Source: Camelus ferus
Taxonomy: Eukaryota
Assembly: GCF_009834535.1 (NCBI RefSeq)
Contig: NC_045697.1
Coordinates: 69,442,001-69,506,000 of the forward strand
DNA: 64,000 nt
Direction: 5' to 3'
Part shown: one piece after another, positions 37,944 to 50,810 of the stretch
How positions within the stretch are numbered: position 1 is the first letter of the stretch
Layout of the letters: the number at the start of each line of letters is the position of its first letter
Made by a program: the position numbers and the translations under genes
The notes under the pieces: generated by a model
Told to the model about the DNA's origin: nothing
Database searches by the model: none
What the model saw: only the letters and a program-made list of their open reading frames with translations

Positions 37944-40339
37944 GGAAGCACAGGCACCGTGTTGATGCTGTGGTTGTCTGAATGCTTTATTGTGGTTGTT
38001 ATTGCTAATTAAAAGATATTCATGGTAAAAAAAATCATTCTAAAAGTAGAAAAGGGTATAGAATGAAAATGTTAGTTTCCCTCTTCTCCCCTGAACTCTC
38101 TGTAATCACTCCTCTGAGATACGTACTGTTAACAGAGTTTTGTATTAAATCATATCATGTGAGACTAACAGGATTTATTTATTCCCTTACGCAACGAGCA
38201 CTGATTCCCACTACACGCCAGACGCTGTGCCGGCCGCCATGCAGATGCTATTCCAACCCTAGAGCTGACGGTATGGTGGTGCCTGGCTTCTGTCTCTGGG
38301 GTCAGGGTCCCTCAACGGGAAGAGGAGGGACACTGGGAGCTGATGCTGGAGGCCAGATTGGAATGAACACAGATGTTACTTAAAGGAGCCAAAAGCAATC
38401 ACAACCAAAGGGCAAGTACCAACAGGAACTAAAATCTAAGCTTAGTCCTGAAGGAAAGACACCCAGCCACAAATCTAGGAGAAGAGCAGGCCAGGGATGG
38501 AGGGCAAAGTAGGAAGCAAGGAGGTGCAGAGGCCCCCAGCAGGACAGCGAGTCAGCATGAGCTGCAGCAGAGAGGGTCCTTCAGACCCAGGCTGTGAACA
38601 CGGCGGGGCACAGGGTCTGGCTGAGCAGCCCCGGCCCAGCCAACCGGCTTCACGTCCCAGGGCCTCACAGGACAAATGGACACACTGGGGAGGCAGCAGC
38701 CAGGCAGCCGGGCAGCCAGGGGCAGCCGTAGTAATGAGTAATTGTAGCCATGGGAGGACACGCCTAGATGCCACGGAGCCCAGAAAAGGACTTAGGGAAG
38801 GGAAGTCAGAGAGAGTGATGGGGGGGAGTGAGGTTTGAACTGGGTCTTAAAGAAGAGGCATTTACCAGACGAGGGTGTGAAAGGACACTATAGGAAAAGG
38901 AAGCGCAGCGCAAAGCTGCACGTTCCCGTGGGAACAGGGCACGTTTCCTGAACAGAGAACAGTACGGTGCGGCAGACGCATATTGTTTATGGGACAGAGG
39001 GTCTGGAAAGGGACCCAGAGTCAGGCCAAACAACACAGATTAGAGACAAGTTTGGGCCATATCCTAAAGAATTTTGATCAGGGGAAAGATGTACTGAATC
39101 TGGGTTGCAGACGACAATCTACCCGGTCCTACTAGGGGCAGTGCGTGCACCTGGGAAGAACAGCCAGCCCTGGGGAAAGAATTTTATTGTCAGCCTCCCT
39201 CCCTCATTCCCCACAGCTGCAGGAACTTTTCTTAGCTTCTGCAGCTCTTTTCCTCCGAGCAGGTCACTAACCGCCTGTGACAACGGTGGGCATGCCTCGT
39301 TGCTCCAGGCCCCTGAAGAATGCCCTGGCACAGACTGCCCACCATGGGTCACCGTGATGCCCAAAGACTCAGAACAGCTGCAGCCTGGGCTGTGCCCGTG
39401 AGCCCTTCCAAAGTGCACAAGGACGGAAGAACGTGGGTCCCTCTGCTCCAATCCAATGACTCCCTTCCACGCCAAGCACTGAAGAATCTTGCCGGGTGAC
39501 CACATGTGTGCAGATCTCCACGATGTGCTTTAGGTTGGAACTGAGGCCCTCCTGTCTCTCCAGGATTCTGTAGATGGCCATCTCACTGAGAATTCCCAGC
39601 ATGTAAGACAGAACATCCCCAGGGTTATCTTTGGTCAAGGATCAAACAGCTGCTCCCCACTGTCTCAGCAGAATAAAATGCTTCTACTGAAGCAAAACCG
39701 ACACGGTCGCACAGCACAGATAAGCGTGTGATCTGGGCTGTGGGAGGCACGGTTATCTGGAATACTGTTCCTTACCCAGGAGAGAAGCCTTTATCTGAGG
39801 AGTACTGTAGCCATGTACTTTGAGATAACAAAATTTCCTAGGGAACTCCATATCAGCAGCGACTCTCCATCCCCAGACTTAAGGGAAAAAAAGTCAGTGT
39901 GTATTTCTTTGCCTTCTATGGCTCAGAGGAAGTGTATGAGTGTCAGGGGAGAGGAGGATTTGAAAAGAGCTTGTCCAGTGTGTGTCCTGGTCCCCGACCT
40001 GAGCACGGGAAAAGGAGAAGCCATGAGAACTGTGGGTAGGACCTGCTTCACAGTGCAGAGGCATGGGTGAGGTCTGAAAGGTCTCCCTGACCCCTCCTCC
40101 CCAAAGGGAGTTCCCCAGTGACATTGCCTTCAGTTCCGTCATCAATGACCCCTTTGGGCTAATGCAGTAGTTTTCAGTCTGAGCTGCATGCAATTCTAGG
40201 GGCTTCAGGACAAGCAAGGCCAGCAGAGGACGTGTTCTACCCCTTCCCTCACCTTTAAATAGGGGTGTTCCCAATTCCTCTATGTTACATACCAGGTTTC
40301 CCTTTGAGATTTCTTTTAAAAAAAATACTTCTTAGTACG

Positions 40340-40738
40340 TATGGTGGTTAAAATTACGTGTCAACTTAATTAGGCCACAGTACCCAAATATTTGATCAAA
40401 AACCAGTTCAGATGTCACTATGAGGGTGTTTTTCAGACGAGATTAACATTTAAATCAGTAGACTTTGAGTAAAGCAGATGACCCTCCCCAGTGTGGGTAG
40501 GTGGGCCTCATCCAATCAGTTGAAGGCCTTAAGAGAAAAAGGCTGAGGCCCTTTAAAGAAGAAGGAATTCTGACTCAAGTTGTGACATTAACTCTTCCCT
40601 GGGCCTCTGGCCTGCCAGCCTGCCCTATAGATTTTGGACTTGCGAGCCTCCACAATCTTGTGTGCCAACTGCTTTACATAAATCTCTATTTCTTCACCTT
40701 CTGTTTGCTCTGCTTTTCTGGGGACCCTGACTAATACA
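40340..40738 (+). mobile_element. ERVL solo LTR (MLT2B/D-like)
   Basis: GATTAACATTTAAATCAGTAGACTTTGAGTAAAGCAGAT; GGGCCTCATCCAATCAGTTGAAGGCCTTAA; ACCCTGACTAATACA. Confidence 0.88.
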
Positions 40739-40949
40739 GTGGATTTGTTAAATTTAGGGTTATGGGTAACAATTTGGGAAATATTTTAGATGTAATACAG
40801 ATGTGAGCAGAAGAACAATTGTGTTGGTCTCATTGGGTTCTTGCTGTGCACGAGGGGCTGCACAGAAACGGAATGGGGCAAGGCAAGAACGCCATGGGGA
40901 TGGATGGATGGCAACTGGAGGTACTGTGCAAACTCAGGACTTCTGAAAT

Positions 40950-42350
40950 ATATATATGTCAATGTCTATACACGTGTCTGTGTGCCTGTGTACGTGCATT
41001 AATGTGTGTGTACATGTATGGATAAGTGCATACACATGCTCATACACCCTAGTCCTCCATCCTGAAAGTACCAACAAGCAAATACACCCCAGCAGCAGCA
41101 ATGAGTACATTTAGTGCCCAGATGGTGGTCTCTCATGTTCCTCACAAACACTGACCAGGACTACTCAGAAAAAGGCTGATTCGAAGGCTAGGGCGGGTAG
41201 GTACAAGATGAGCCTAGAACAACTTCATAGTGACATCTAGACTAGTGTTTGACCAAATACTTGGGTACTGTGACCTAGCCAAGCTGACACATAAAATTAA
41301 CCATCATACCTACTAAGAAGAAGAATGCGTTTTATAAAAGAAATCTCAAGCCAGAAAGAAAAGAAATGCACTCAAACACAAAACTAGTGGAGCGTGTTAC
41401 AAGGACCAGGGAGACAGCTCAAAGGCTTCCCACTGGCCGGATCAGGTACAACTGGAGCACCAAGACATTAAGTACAGTAGTAAACTTGTGAAAAATGAGG
41501 TTGAAAAAATCAATCCCTGTCGCCATTTTTAAAAGACGTATGCATAAACGAAGGGGAAGGTTATTTTGTTTGCAGCAGAATGCTGAGGGCCAAATGGCCA
41601 ACGTGCAGGGAGTGCTGGAGAGGGAAAAACATTTTGCAGCCACGGAGTAAAGAGTAGGTCAGCAAGAAACTCTAATGGATGCTAAATCCAGGGGGAGATT
41701 TTAATGAGGAGCAGGATACATACATGTCTTAACATGTCTCCTCATGGACTGCTTATTAGTTCAAGAGAGAAAATAAAACCTAGTAATTATTTAGCAGAGA
41801 TCAGAATTGCCTTCACCAATGAACAGTGTGTGTCTCCTGATGCACCACCCTGCGAAGGACACAACTCGCCTGTGGGGCACTATGGCCAGAAATGCATAAC
41901 CCCAACAGTGTCACCAAGAAACACCAGACAAACACAAAATGAGGACTGTTCTATTTTTAAAAAGAAGGGTGCCTGTGTGGGAGGTGGGACTCTATTTTTC
42001 AAAATGTCAGTGTCACAAAAGACAATGAAAGGCTGTGGAAGAGCATGTCACCTAAATGCAGGAACCCAACCCTGGACCAAATCCTGTGCTGGAGGAGAAT
42101 GAAGTGCTGAAAAGAACATTATTAGATCAACTGACAAAATCGGGGTCTGACTGCCAGATTAGATGAAAGTATTATATCAATGTGAATTTATGAAGTTGAT
42201 AACTGTACTGTCGTTATATAAGAGAATATTCTATTCTTAGGAAACACACACTGAAATATTTAAAGGCAAAACACCATATGTAATTTACCTTCAGAAAAAA
42301 GAATTGGTTCAGAAAAAAGAATTCTATATCCACATGTATATATGTATTTG
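40950..42350 (+). mobile_element. L1MC/L1MD-like 3'UTR
   Basis: GCAATGAGTACATTTAGTGCCCAGAT, AAAATCAATCCCTGTCGCC, GTATTATATCAATGTGAATT, GGAAACACACACTGAAATATTTA. Confidence 0.7.
41225..41308 (-). mobile_element. MLT2 LTR 5' fragment
   Basis: Reverse complement TATGATGGTTAATTTTATGTGTCAGCTTGGCTAGGTCACAGTACCCAAGTATTTGGTCAAACAC. Confidence 0.8.
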
Positions 42351-42729
42351 TCTGTATAGGCACATGGATGGATGGGTGGATAGATGGACGGATGAATGAC
42401 AGAGACAGAGAGATGCAAGGAGGGTTTGAGGGAAACAGGGAGAGAGGGGTAGAACAAAGTTCCCTGGGGAAAGAGAGCTCTGTGGGGAGGAGAGACATTT
42501 GTTCCTGTGCCTGTAGCAGCATGTGTTCCAGGGCCATGCCCACAGTAAGGTTGGACAAACTAGTCCTCTGCCCTGCAGAAGTGACCAAAAATATATGAGG
42601 TGAAGCTGGGCCCCTGGTCAGAACCAGGTCATTTAGACCAAGCGAATACGCCTAACGCACTAGCCCCCTTCCAGCGTCCATGTGCTGTGGTGCGTTATAT
42701 ACAACTCTAGCTTAATCACTGAACCAATC

Positions 42730-43230
42730 AACTTTCCAGCAGGAAGCATATGGCACACTGAAACTAGATAACTGAGGGCAGTTTAGTAAAGGAGCAATCT
42801 ACAAAAGTGAGGGACAGAGTTAGAGAAACCAACAAGGGAAGGTGCAGTTCCCCATGAAAAGTAGCAGTGGGGAGCCAGTGCCATGAGAAAAGAAATGAAG
42901 GGAGGGAGCAGTTACCTGAACTTGACGCCCAGAGAAGAGCTGAGTGGATACCTGGTCTGGCCACCTGATAGGAGCTGTGGTCTTTGGGAGAGGGGTGCTC
43001 CTGAGTCTGCAGCCAAACCCTTAGCAGCCCAGTGGGGAGGGAGCACGGGGACAAACACCCTGCTGTACTTTCCTTGCCCCTTCTGTCTCCTGCCAGGGTC
43101 TCCTATTGGCCGAATCCCCCAGGCAGCCAGAGGGCAAGGGAGCCTGCTGGTGCAGTCATGCAGGTCAGTCTCCCAGGGCACAGAGCTGGTGGAGAAGGGT
43201 AGAAAATGAATCTCTCAGGGGAGATGGATT
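42730..43230 (-). mobile_element. LTR33-like ERVL LTR
   Basis: CCAGCAGGAAGCATATGGCACACT; CAGCCAGAGGGCAAGGGAGCC; GGTCAGTCTCCCAGGGCACAGAGC..GGTGGAGAAG. Confidence 0.75.
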
Positions 43231-44481
43231 TAGCAGTGATATGGGGCTATAATGAATAGTTTACCTTTGTGGAAACACAGACAGCTGACATTCAGCATCA
43301 CCAAGCAAAAGAGTTATGGTTGTAGAAATTTCTTAGAATTGGAGTGGTTAAAGGTTTGATAGGAAAGTTGAAAAAAAAAAAGTGCTGTTTTCCTGATGAT
43401 TGGAAATAGAATGTTTTCAAGCCCTTATTTTCTCTAAATAAGTAATTTTCCAAATTGTCAACCACAGCCAGCAGGGAGTAAATACAGGAGAGTTTGTTAA
43501 CAACATAGCAGTAAAATTCGATATGGATGGGGAAATTCTCCCATTAATTCTTCCTGGAAGTAGAATACCTGTCAAATTTGACAAAAAGTGATAAATTTCA
43601 AGAGTGCTCCACCAAAGTGTGGCCCATGGTCTGTGGTGTGTATTCAATGGTGGGTCTCTGTGAAGGGCAAGGGGTACAAGGCAGCAAGCTGACATGACAG
43701 CTTGTTCACAAAGGAAATTCAAGGGACAAGATGAAGCTATCAACTGAGAGATGAATCACAAAATGAGAAGCTGGGTGGTTTGGAGGAAGAGCAGGGGAGT
43801 GGTGTATATAACCATGCATGGCCAGTGATTCAGGAGCAAGGCTGTGAGAGGCCAGCCCTAAAGTTAGTTAGCTGTTCGTTTTGGAGGCAGGACCCTCTTC
43901 AATGGAGAAGAGGACAAACCTCACTGCAGGCCTCCTAAGACCAAGGCTGACTCCTCCCAGCCCATCATGTTCTCTGCTGTGAGACACCAGACCCAGCCAC
44001 GATCTCCTGACACACAAAACTACACTGAGTCCTGCCTCTCCCACCCCACCTCCCACATTCCCTAAGTCCTTCCTCCATTGGTAACACTCTTACATACTCT
44101 CAAAGTCAAAGTTCTTCTGTGAGCAGGAAACAGTCTCTTTCAGGCACTGACTTTACTCTTCCTCTCAGTTGTTGTCCCTTGAGCAAGTTGTGTCCCACTC
44201 TAGGCTGTCCTGTACTAGGACCTGCTCAACTTTTGGGACCCAACATCACTGTAATAATAAGATGCTCTCATCTGTATCAAAATTAAATTTATGCATTGAC
44301 CAAAATCTAATAGCTCATGTGTGAAACGTGTGTGGAGCAGAGAGCTGAGGTCCTTTGATTAAAGATCACTGAAGCAGGCACTCACTGAGTACTTATTAAA
44401 TAAATGATTCATTCATTGAACAAATGAATAAATAAATAAGTGAAAGAATAAAGTTGGTCAAAATTTGATCCAAAAGCTAGT

Positions 44482-45066
44482 TACAGAAAACTCTAATTTG
44501 AAAAGATACATGTACTCCAATGCTCCTAGAAGCACTATTTACAATAGCCAATACATGGAAGCAACCTAAATGTCCATCAACAAATGCATGTTTAAAGAAG
44601 ATATATATTATGGAATACTACTAAGCCATAAAAAGAATGAAATAACTCCATTTGCAGCAACATGAATGAACTTAGAGATTATCATACTACGTGAAGTAAA
44701 TCAAACAGAGAAAGACAAATATCATATGACATCACTTATATGTAGAATCTGAAAAATGATATAAATGAACTTATTCACAAGCCAGAAATAGACTCACAAA
44801 CTCAGAAAACAAACTTCTGATTACCAAAGGGGGAAAGGGTAGGGGAGGGATAAATTAGGAGTTTGAGATTAACATATTACATGCTGTTATATATAAAATA
44901 GATAAGTAACAAAGTCCTACTGTATAGCACAGGGAACTATATTCAATACATTGTAATAACCTATAACAAAAAAGAATATGTATGTTTGTGTATAACTGAA
45001 TCACTATGCCGTACACCTGAAACTAACACAACATTGTAAATCAATCCTACTTCAATGTAAAAAAGA
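44482..45066 (+). mobile_element. 5'-truncated L1 with TSD
   Basis: ORF2 end + 3'UTR; TSD AAAAGCTAGT at 44472-44481 and 45067-45076. Confidence 0.9.
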
Positions 45067-45076
45067 AAAAGCTAGT

Positions 45077-45152
45077 AAAACCTAATTACCCCCCCAAAAA
45101 AACATAAATCAAAAAAAATAAAGTTTTTTAAATATCAATACTTCTTTTAAAA
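45077..45152 (+). mobile_element. Tail-only fragment of the camelid SINE
   Basis: AAACCTAATTACCCCCCCAAAAAAA without a tRNA head; followed by AAAAGCTA at 45153-45160. Confidence 0.65.
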
Positions 45153-46127
45153 AAAAGCTATTTTCAAAGAGTCTGGTTCTTTCAGATGTCTTAATCATTA
45201 AATGGCATCTGCAGGTTGCATGTCTGCTCACCAGCTTTCCACTGATCACAGCAGATTGTCATAGTGCATCGAATCTGAGCTTGATGAAGGGGTAGTCCTG
45301 AGTTTCATACTTTCTAGAAACCTTGAAAATTAAAAGGAATAAATTCTGTTGGACTGTTGGTGTAGAAGTTGGTCTAAGTAGATTCTGTTCTTTCACATCT
45401 ATAGGACAGTCCTGCTTCCCACAACCCTTTCGGTATGGCCTTTAATTAAGATGGAGAGATAAGCACAGAACCCACCCAGGGCTCCTGCTTGTGGTGGCTC
45501 CCTGAGAGCCATCAGAACCAGAGGCTGGCGGCTCTACTCAAAACAGGCTTGCTGGGCTTGAAGGTTTCAGAGAACAAGATAAATTTAAAAATGATCTGAC
45601 ATCAAGCATTTATATTTCAAGACAAAACAACCCACCAGCTACATCTTGGGATCAATACCATTCAGCCCTGTCTACATTAATATCCAAAACACTCCATAAA
45701 GCTCATTGGTTCTAGTAATGATATCGCTCAGGCTCTGCAAGACCCCAAATCATCCTAGACCCAACCATGTTCAGATTCCTATGCTTCCCAAACACTGGAA
45801 TATGGGCTTATATTTTTATAAACAAAGAGTCCAAATGAAAATTTCACTTTGACTCTATCCCCTGAGTTTCCTGAGTTCATTCTATTAATGAAACCTGTTT
45901 CTTCCTAAACAAAATAGGGTCAGAAACCTGCCAACCCTATAGACCCCTAAGCTAGAGAAACTCTAAGCTACTTACAGTCTTACTATCAAACCAGATGTTT
46001 GGTGTGGTTTTTTTCTAAGAATACCAAGAAACATCCTAAAACGTGAGTTTAAGTTAACCACCCTAAAACTAATCACAGCCTTTGAATAACTACAGAAGTA
46101 TGAACTGAGTTATAATTTATGTCACAC

Positions 46128-46258
46128 TTTTTTTTGGAGGGGGTGGTAATTAGATTTATTTATTTATTTATTATTTTAGGTGGAAGTACCGGGGATTGAA
46201 CCCAGGACCTCATGCATGCTAAGCATGTGCTCTACCACTGAGCTATACCCTCCCCACC
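46128..46258 (-). mobile_element. Camelid tRNA-Ala-derived SINE (Vic-1-like)
   Basis: Head/tail as above; TSD TATGTCACA at 46118-46126 and 46259-46267. Confidence 0.92.
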
Positions 46259-46396
46259 TATGTCACATTTTTAACTGAGGCAGAAAACACCTTTGTTAAA
46301 CTGTGACTGGGGAAATTTTGACATAAATAGAAACACAATAAAGTTTGGTTAAAGTGAAAAGAAAGGTTGTTGAAAAGAAGGCCCAATACTCTTGTA

Positions 46397-46866
46397 TATG
46401 CATACCTGGAAGATACTGTGACTTCAGTTCCAGACCACCACAATAAAGCAAATATCACAAAAAAGTGAGTCACACGAATTTTTTGGTTTCCCGGTGCATA
46501 CAGAAGTTATGTTTACACTATATTGTAGTCTAGTAAGTGTACAATAGCATATATCTAAAGAAACAACGTATATTCCTTAATTTAAAAATACTTTATTGCT
46601 AAAAAATGCCAATCATCTGAGCATTTAGTGAGTTGTAGCAGTAACATCAAAGATCGCTGATCACAGATCACCATAAAAATAATGAAAAAGTTTGAAATAT
46701 TGTGAGAATCATCAAAATGTGACACAGAGATATGAAGTGAGCAAACGCTGTTGGAAAAACGGCACCAATAGACTTATTTGACGTAGGGTTGCCATAAACT
46801 TTCAATTTGTGAAAAACACAATGTGAAGCATAATAATGTGAAGCATGATAAAACAAAGGATGCCTG
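46397..46866 (-). mobile_element. Internally deleted Tigger1 (Tigger1a_Art-like) DNA transposon
   Basis: Both Tigger1 termini present with degenerate CAGGCATACC TIRs; TA target duplications at 46395-46396 and 46867-46868. Confidence 0.88.
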
Positions 46867-48321
46867 TAATGAGATTTCCAGATAAAACACTATGTCCCAT
46901 TACAGGATACCATAGCTGATGACTGACCTAGGGCCCAGATGGGATTCAAACTCACTGCTGAGTGGTAGGCAGTCCTTGGAATTAACAATTTACATAAGAA
47001 GAGCCGTTTGTGGCTGAAGGAGTAAACAGGGGCTGGGACACGTGTGCCTGGCGGGTGCGTGGTGTCAGTGCCTGAACAGCTGTTGAGATATGAGAAACTC
47101 AGAAGTGAACAAGGAGAAAGCAGCGTTGATATGAAACATTCTAGACTGGGAGCTGCAAACCAGAGCTCTCATCTCCCTTTACCTCAGCACCACTTGTCCA
47201 GGCTTCCTTTTTTGTCATGTGCTGTTTTTGACTTGGGCTAGATGATGTCTGTGGAAGTTCCAGTTCCAGTGTTCTCTGACTCTAAGGAGAACTGTGACCA
47301 AAAGATAATTAACATGGTACAGTAAACTATCAAAATCAGTAAAGGAATGGCGGGCAGAAGGGCATGGAAAAGAATGACTGGGTATCTTCTTTATCAAATG
47401 GAAGCATGATCTGAAATCCATTTCCTTGGACACAGACAGAGGGCAGCAACAGCAGAGGAGTCATGGATTTCTGTCATGTCTACAGAGCCCCACAAAGTCG
47501 TGTTTCCATGGAAATGAGGAAACAAGGGTGCTTCCTCACTGATTGGTGGTTTTAAAACCCCATCTCTTCCAAAACTTCTCTTCCATCTGTTTCTGTTGTG
47601 CTGAACTCTGCTCTGGTACCATGAAAATGGAAATACAAGTAGCAGCTGAAAAGAAATTGTCCCCTCCTATTCTGCCAGTACATTCTATTCAAAAGATGGG
47701 CAATGGGGAAAAATGAAACCAAATAAAATTATACTGAAAATGCAGGACTTCATTTTTTTTCATGTTCCATATGAGTTCATGAACCATCTATAATTGGCTA
47801 CCAAATCCTTAGCATTTTTATCTCCCTTCGACCTCTACTTACTCCCTATATTTTAGTACCAGTTTTTGTAATTCTTCTACCATGCTCTTGTCCCTGAAAT
47901 TTTCCCAATCTCCTTATTACCTACAAAAAATAAATAAATAAGCTATATAGCACAGTGATTAAGGGAATGGTATAGACAGACAACGAGGGAAAATATTGCC
48001 CCAAAATACCCCAGCAATACTAAACTCTTATCTGCAGTTGTCTCTTGCTAATGAGAATTTGGCGGAGATGGAAGGTGGTGGAGAGAAAGTAAAACACACT
48101 TTCTTCATCCTTTGCTCTGCTACTATATGCGTCACTTATTATAAGACCCAATTCTTTCAAGAAAAAATTAGAGTAGACAGTGTGCTGTCTGCCATTCCTA
48201 GATTATTTTGTTCTGAGATGACTGACATGCCCTAAAAGTAGATGTAGAAGAAAGTTACTAGTGTAACTTATAAGTGAGTTATTTGCAACATTAAATGAAA
48301 ATATAGTGATAAGGGTAATGT

Positions 48322-48764
48322 TGTATATTGATTGCACTAATGAGCCAATCTTTCACACCTTCTTATATCCATGTTCTTTGGTAGTGCCCTGCACACACTG
48401 ACTTTCTGTCACATAACTTGCTTTGGTCAATGGGGTTGTGCAATGTTGATGCAAGTAAGGGCTTCAAAAGATCCTTCCATGTTTCTACCTCCTCTCTTGT
48501 GCTCTGTCATCATGTAAGAACCAGTCTGCTGGTGGATGAAACTCATGTAGCAGACCCAGCTGTGGTCTATCATGATAGCTGAGGCCATCATAGATTAGAT
48601 GACAGCCAGATGAGCCCCACACATGTGACTGAGCACAGATGAGCCCAATCCTGATCAGAAGAGCTACCAGACAACCAATAAATAGACTTACGAGAAACAG
48701 TTGTTGTTTTAAGCCATGATAAGTATGTGGGGTTACTTGTTACATAGCAATAGCTAACTGCTAT
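48322..48764 (+). mobile_element. MaLR solo LTR (MLT1I/J-like)
   Basis: ACTTGCTTTGGTCAATGG, GAGGCCATCATAGATTAG, GTTGTTTTAAGCCA..TTGTTACATAGCAATAGCTAACTG. Confidence 0.75.
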
Positions 48765-49419
48765 AGATAACAATATTAATTTATTACACATTCTCCATAT
48801 GCCAAGCACTCTTTTATGCTTCTTTCATAAATCATTTATTTGATCCTTGTAACAAACCTGTACCACTACAAACTCAATTTTTAAATTCAGCATATGGAGT
48901 ATGAAATATAAATGTTCCAAGTGATTTTTCACATATCTTTAAGCATCACAAATATCCTGTGCCATAGACAGGGAAGATACTATTTTCTCCATTTACAAAT
49001 GGAAACTAAGACTCAGAGAATTCACAATGACAGAAAGTGGCAAAACAGTGACTTGAACCAGGATTTCTGATATTAAGTCTAATGCTCCTTCAACACACAT
49101 TCTACTTCTCAGAGTAGAATCAGTTTGTAGGAGGTTATTTAGGACAGAGGAAATACAAGAATACCAGGATGCATGATTTTTTTTTCCTTTTATGAAGTTT
49201 TTTTTTTTTTTTAACATTAAAGTTCACCTTGATAGAGATGACTGGAAAGTTACTCTTCCTTCACTTTGTTCAAAATTCATAGAAAGAGGCTTCACGCACC
49301 TAAAGGAGTTATCTATTCCTCTCACATAATTTCTTTTTCCTTCCAGAGAACCATATATATTGTTTTTAATAATGAACTGCATGATACAATCATGTTCATA
49401 TAGCTTTTATTCTAGGCTT

Positions 49420-50810
49420 GGATGACTTCTGCTTTAACCATGAAAGAATAACTGGTATTGCATTTATCCTCTCACTGGAAACAACCATAAAACTGGACAA
49501 AATACATGAGGCAATACTTTTCAGGCAGGGGGAAAGAAGAATCAAAGAACTTAGATCTGTGAGGTAAAGGCACATGTTAAAAGTGAGTACTATGTTCACT
49601 CCTGCTTTCTGCCTAGCGGTATCTTCCAAACCAAAGTGCAAGATTATGAAGACCAAGATAAGAGACATGGCCTTGTGACCTGAGGAGGCAGAGATGAGAG
49701 TGCAGGGCTGCCAGTGTGGCTGGACTTTTTCAGGCAAGGAACCAGACAGGAGGAAGCTGGACAGAAGAGGGGCCATGGAAGTCTGCATGGGCATTCACCT
49801 TAGGTTCTTAATTGCATGTGGGCAGTGTGAGACTTCTTGAGGCCTAGCAGAGAGTGGGCTTAAGAGCTAAACAAGGTTACCAGGGATTGTACAGATCTAG
49901 AAGACACTGGAGTTCTGTTTCAGCCAGAATGGAGAGACCCATAGCATCTTGAGTATTCCAATGAGATCCCAGAAAAGCCACACTTTAGGAATAATGACCA
50001 TATACTAGAGCAAGGGCCACACCATAGGTATAAGAACAATATAAAAATAGACGACCCTAACAAAACCTAAAATCAAGCTGGAAAGGATTTAGAGAATCTC
50101 CCAGTAATTCACCTACCTATCAGAACAAAACTCAAATCCTTTCAACAAGGAATCATAATTTAAACTCCCTACAAAATAACAACCACAATGTTCAGCATAC
50201 CACATAAAAACTTTAGACATGCAAAAAAGCAAGAAAATATGACCCATAATCAAAAGAAAGGAATCTCAAGAGGACCCAGCTGCTGACTTATATGTTGTAT
50301 ACTGGAAACTAATATAACATTATATGTCAATTTTATCTCAATAAAAAATATATTATGATGTATGAAGTACATAAAAAGAGAAGTGGGAAGGTATTTCAAG
50401 TATTAAAAACTGAAATTAAAAAAAGAAAGAAAAGACATCTTTAAAGGGCTAAAAGGGGGAAAAGTCAATCTTTAAATATATACACAGTGAAAATACATTC
50501 CAAAAATGAGGGTGAAATAGACATTCAAGTATGTGAAAACTAAGAGAAGTCATCACCAGCAAACCCCTACAAGAAATGCTAGACAGAGGGAATTCTTCAG
50601 GCTGAGCAGAAATGGCATCAGATGAAAACTCGGATCTGGAGGAAGTAATGAAGAGCACCGGAAATGGAAATATGTTGGTATATATAAAGGGTTCTCATTT
50701 TTCCCTTTTATTAATTACATTAAAAGACAAATAACTCTTAAAATTATTTTTGCCATTTACAATTTGTGGAGATATAAACTATATGGCAACAATAACACAA
50801 AGCACAAGGG
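49420..50810 (+). mobile_element. Old L1M 5'UTR/ORF1 fragments
   Basis: GGAAACAACCATAAAACTGGACAAAATACATGA; GCAAGAAAATATGACCCATAATCAA; CACCAGCAAACCCCTACAAGAAATGCTA. Confidence 0.7.

Noticed and set aside
38100..39700. CpG-containing GC-rich region with several ORFs
   Set aside because: No recognisable protein or promoter architecture; partly resembles degenerate L2
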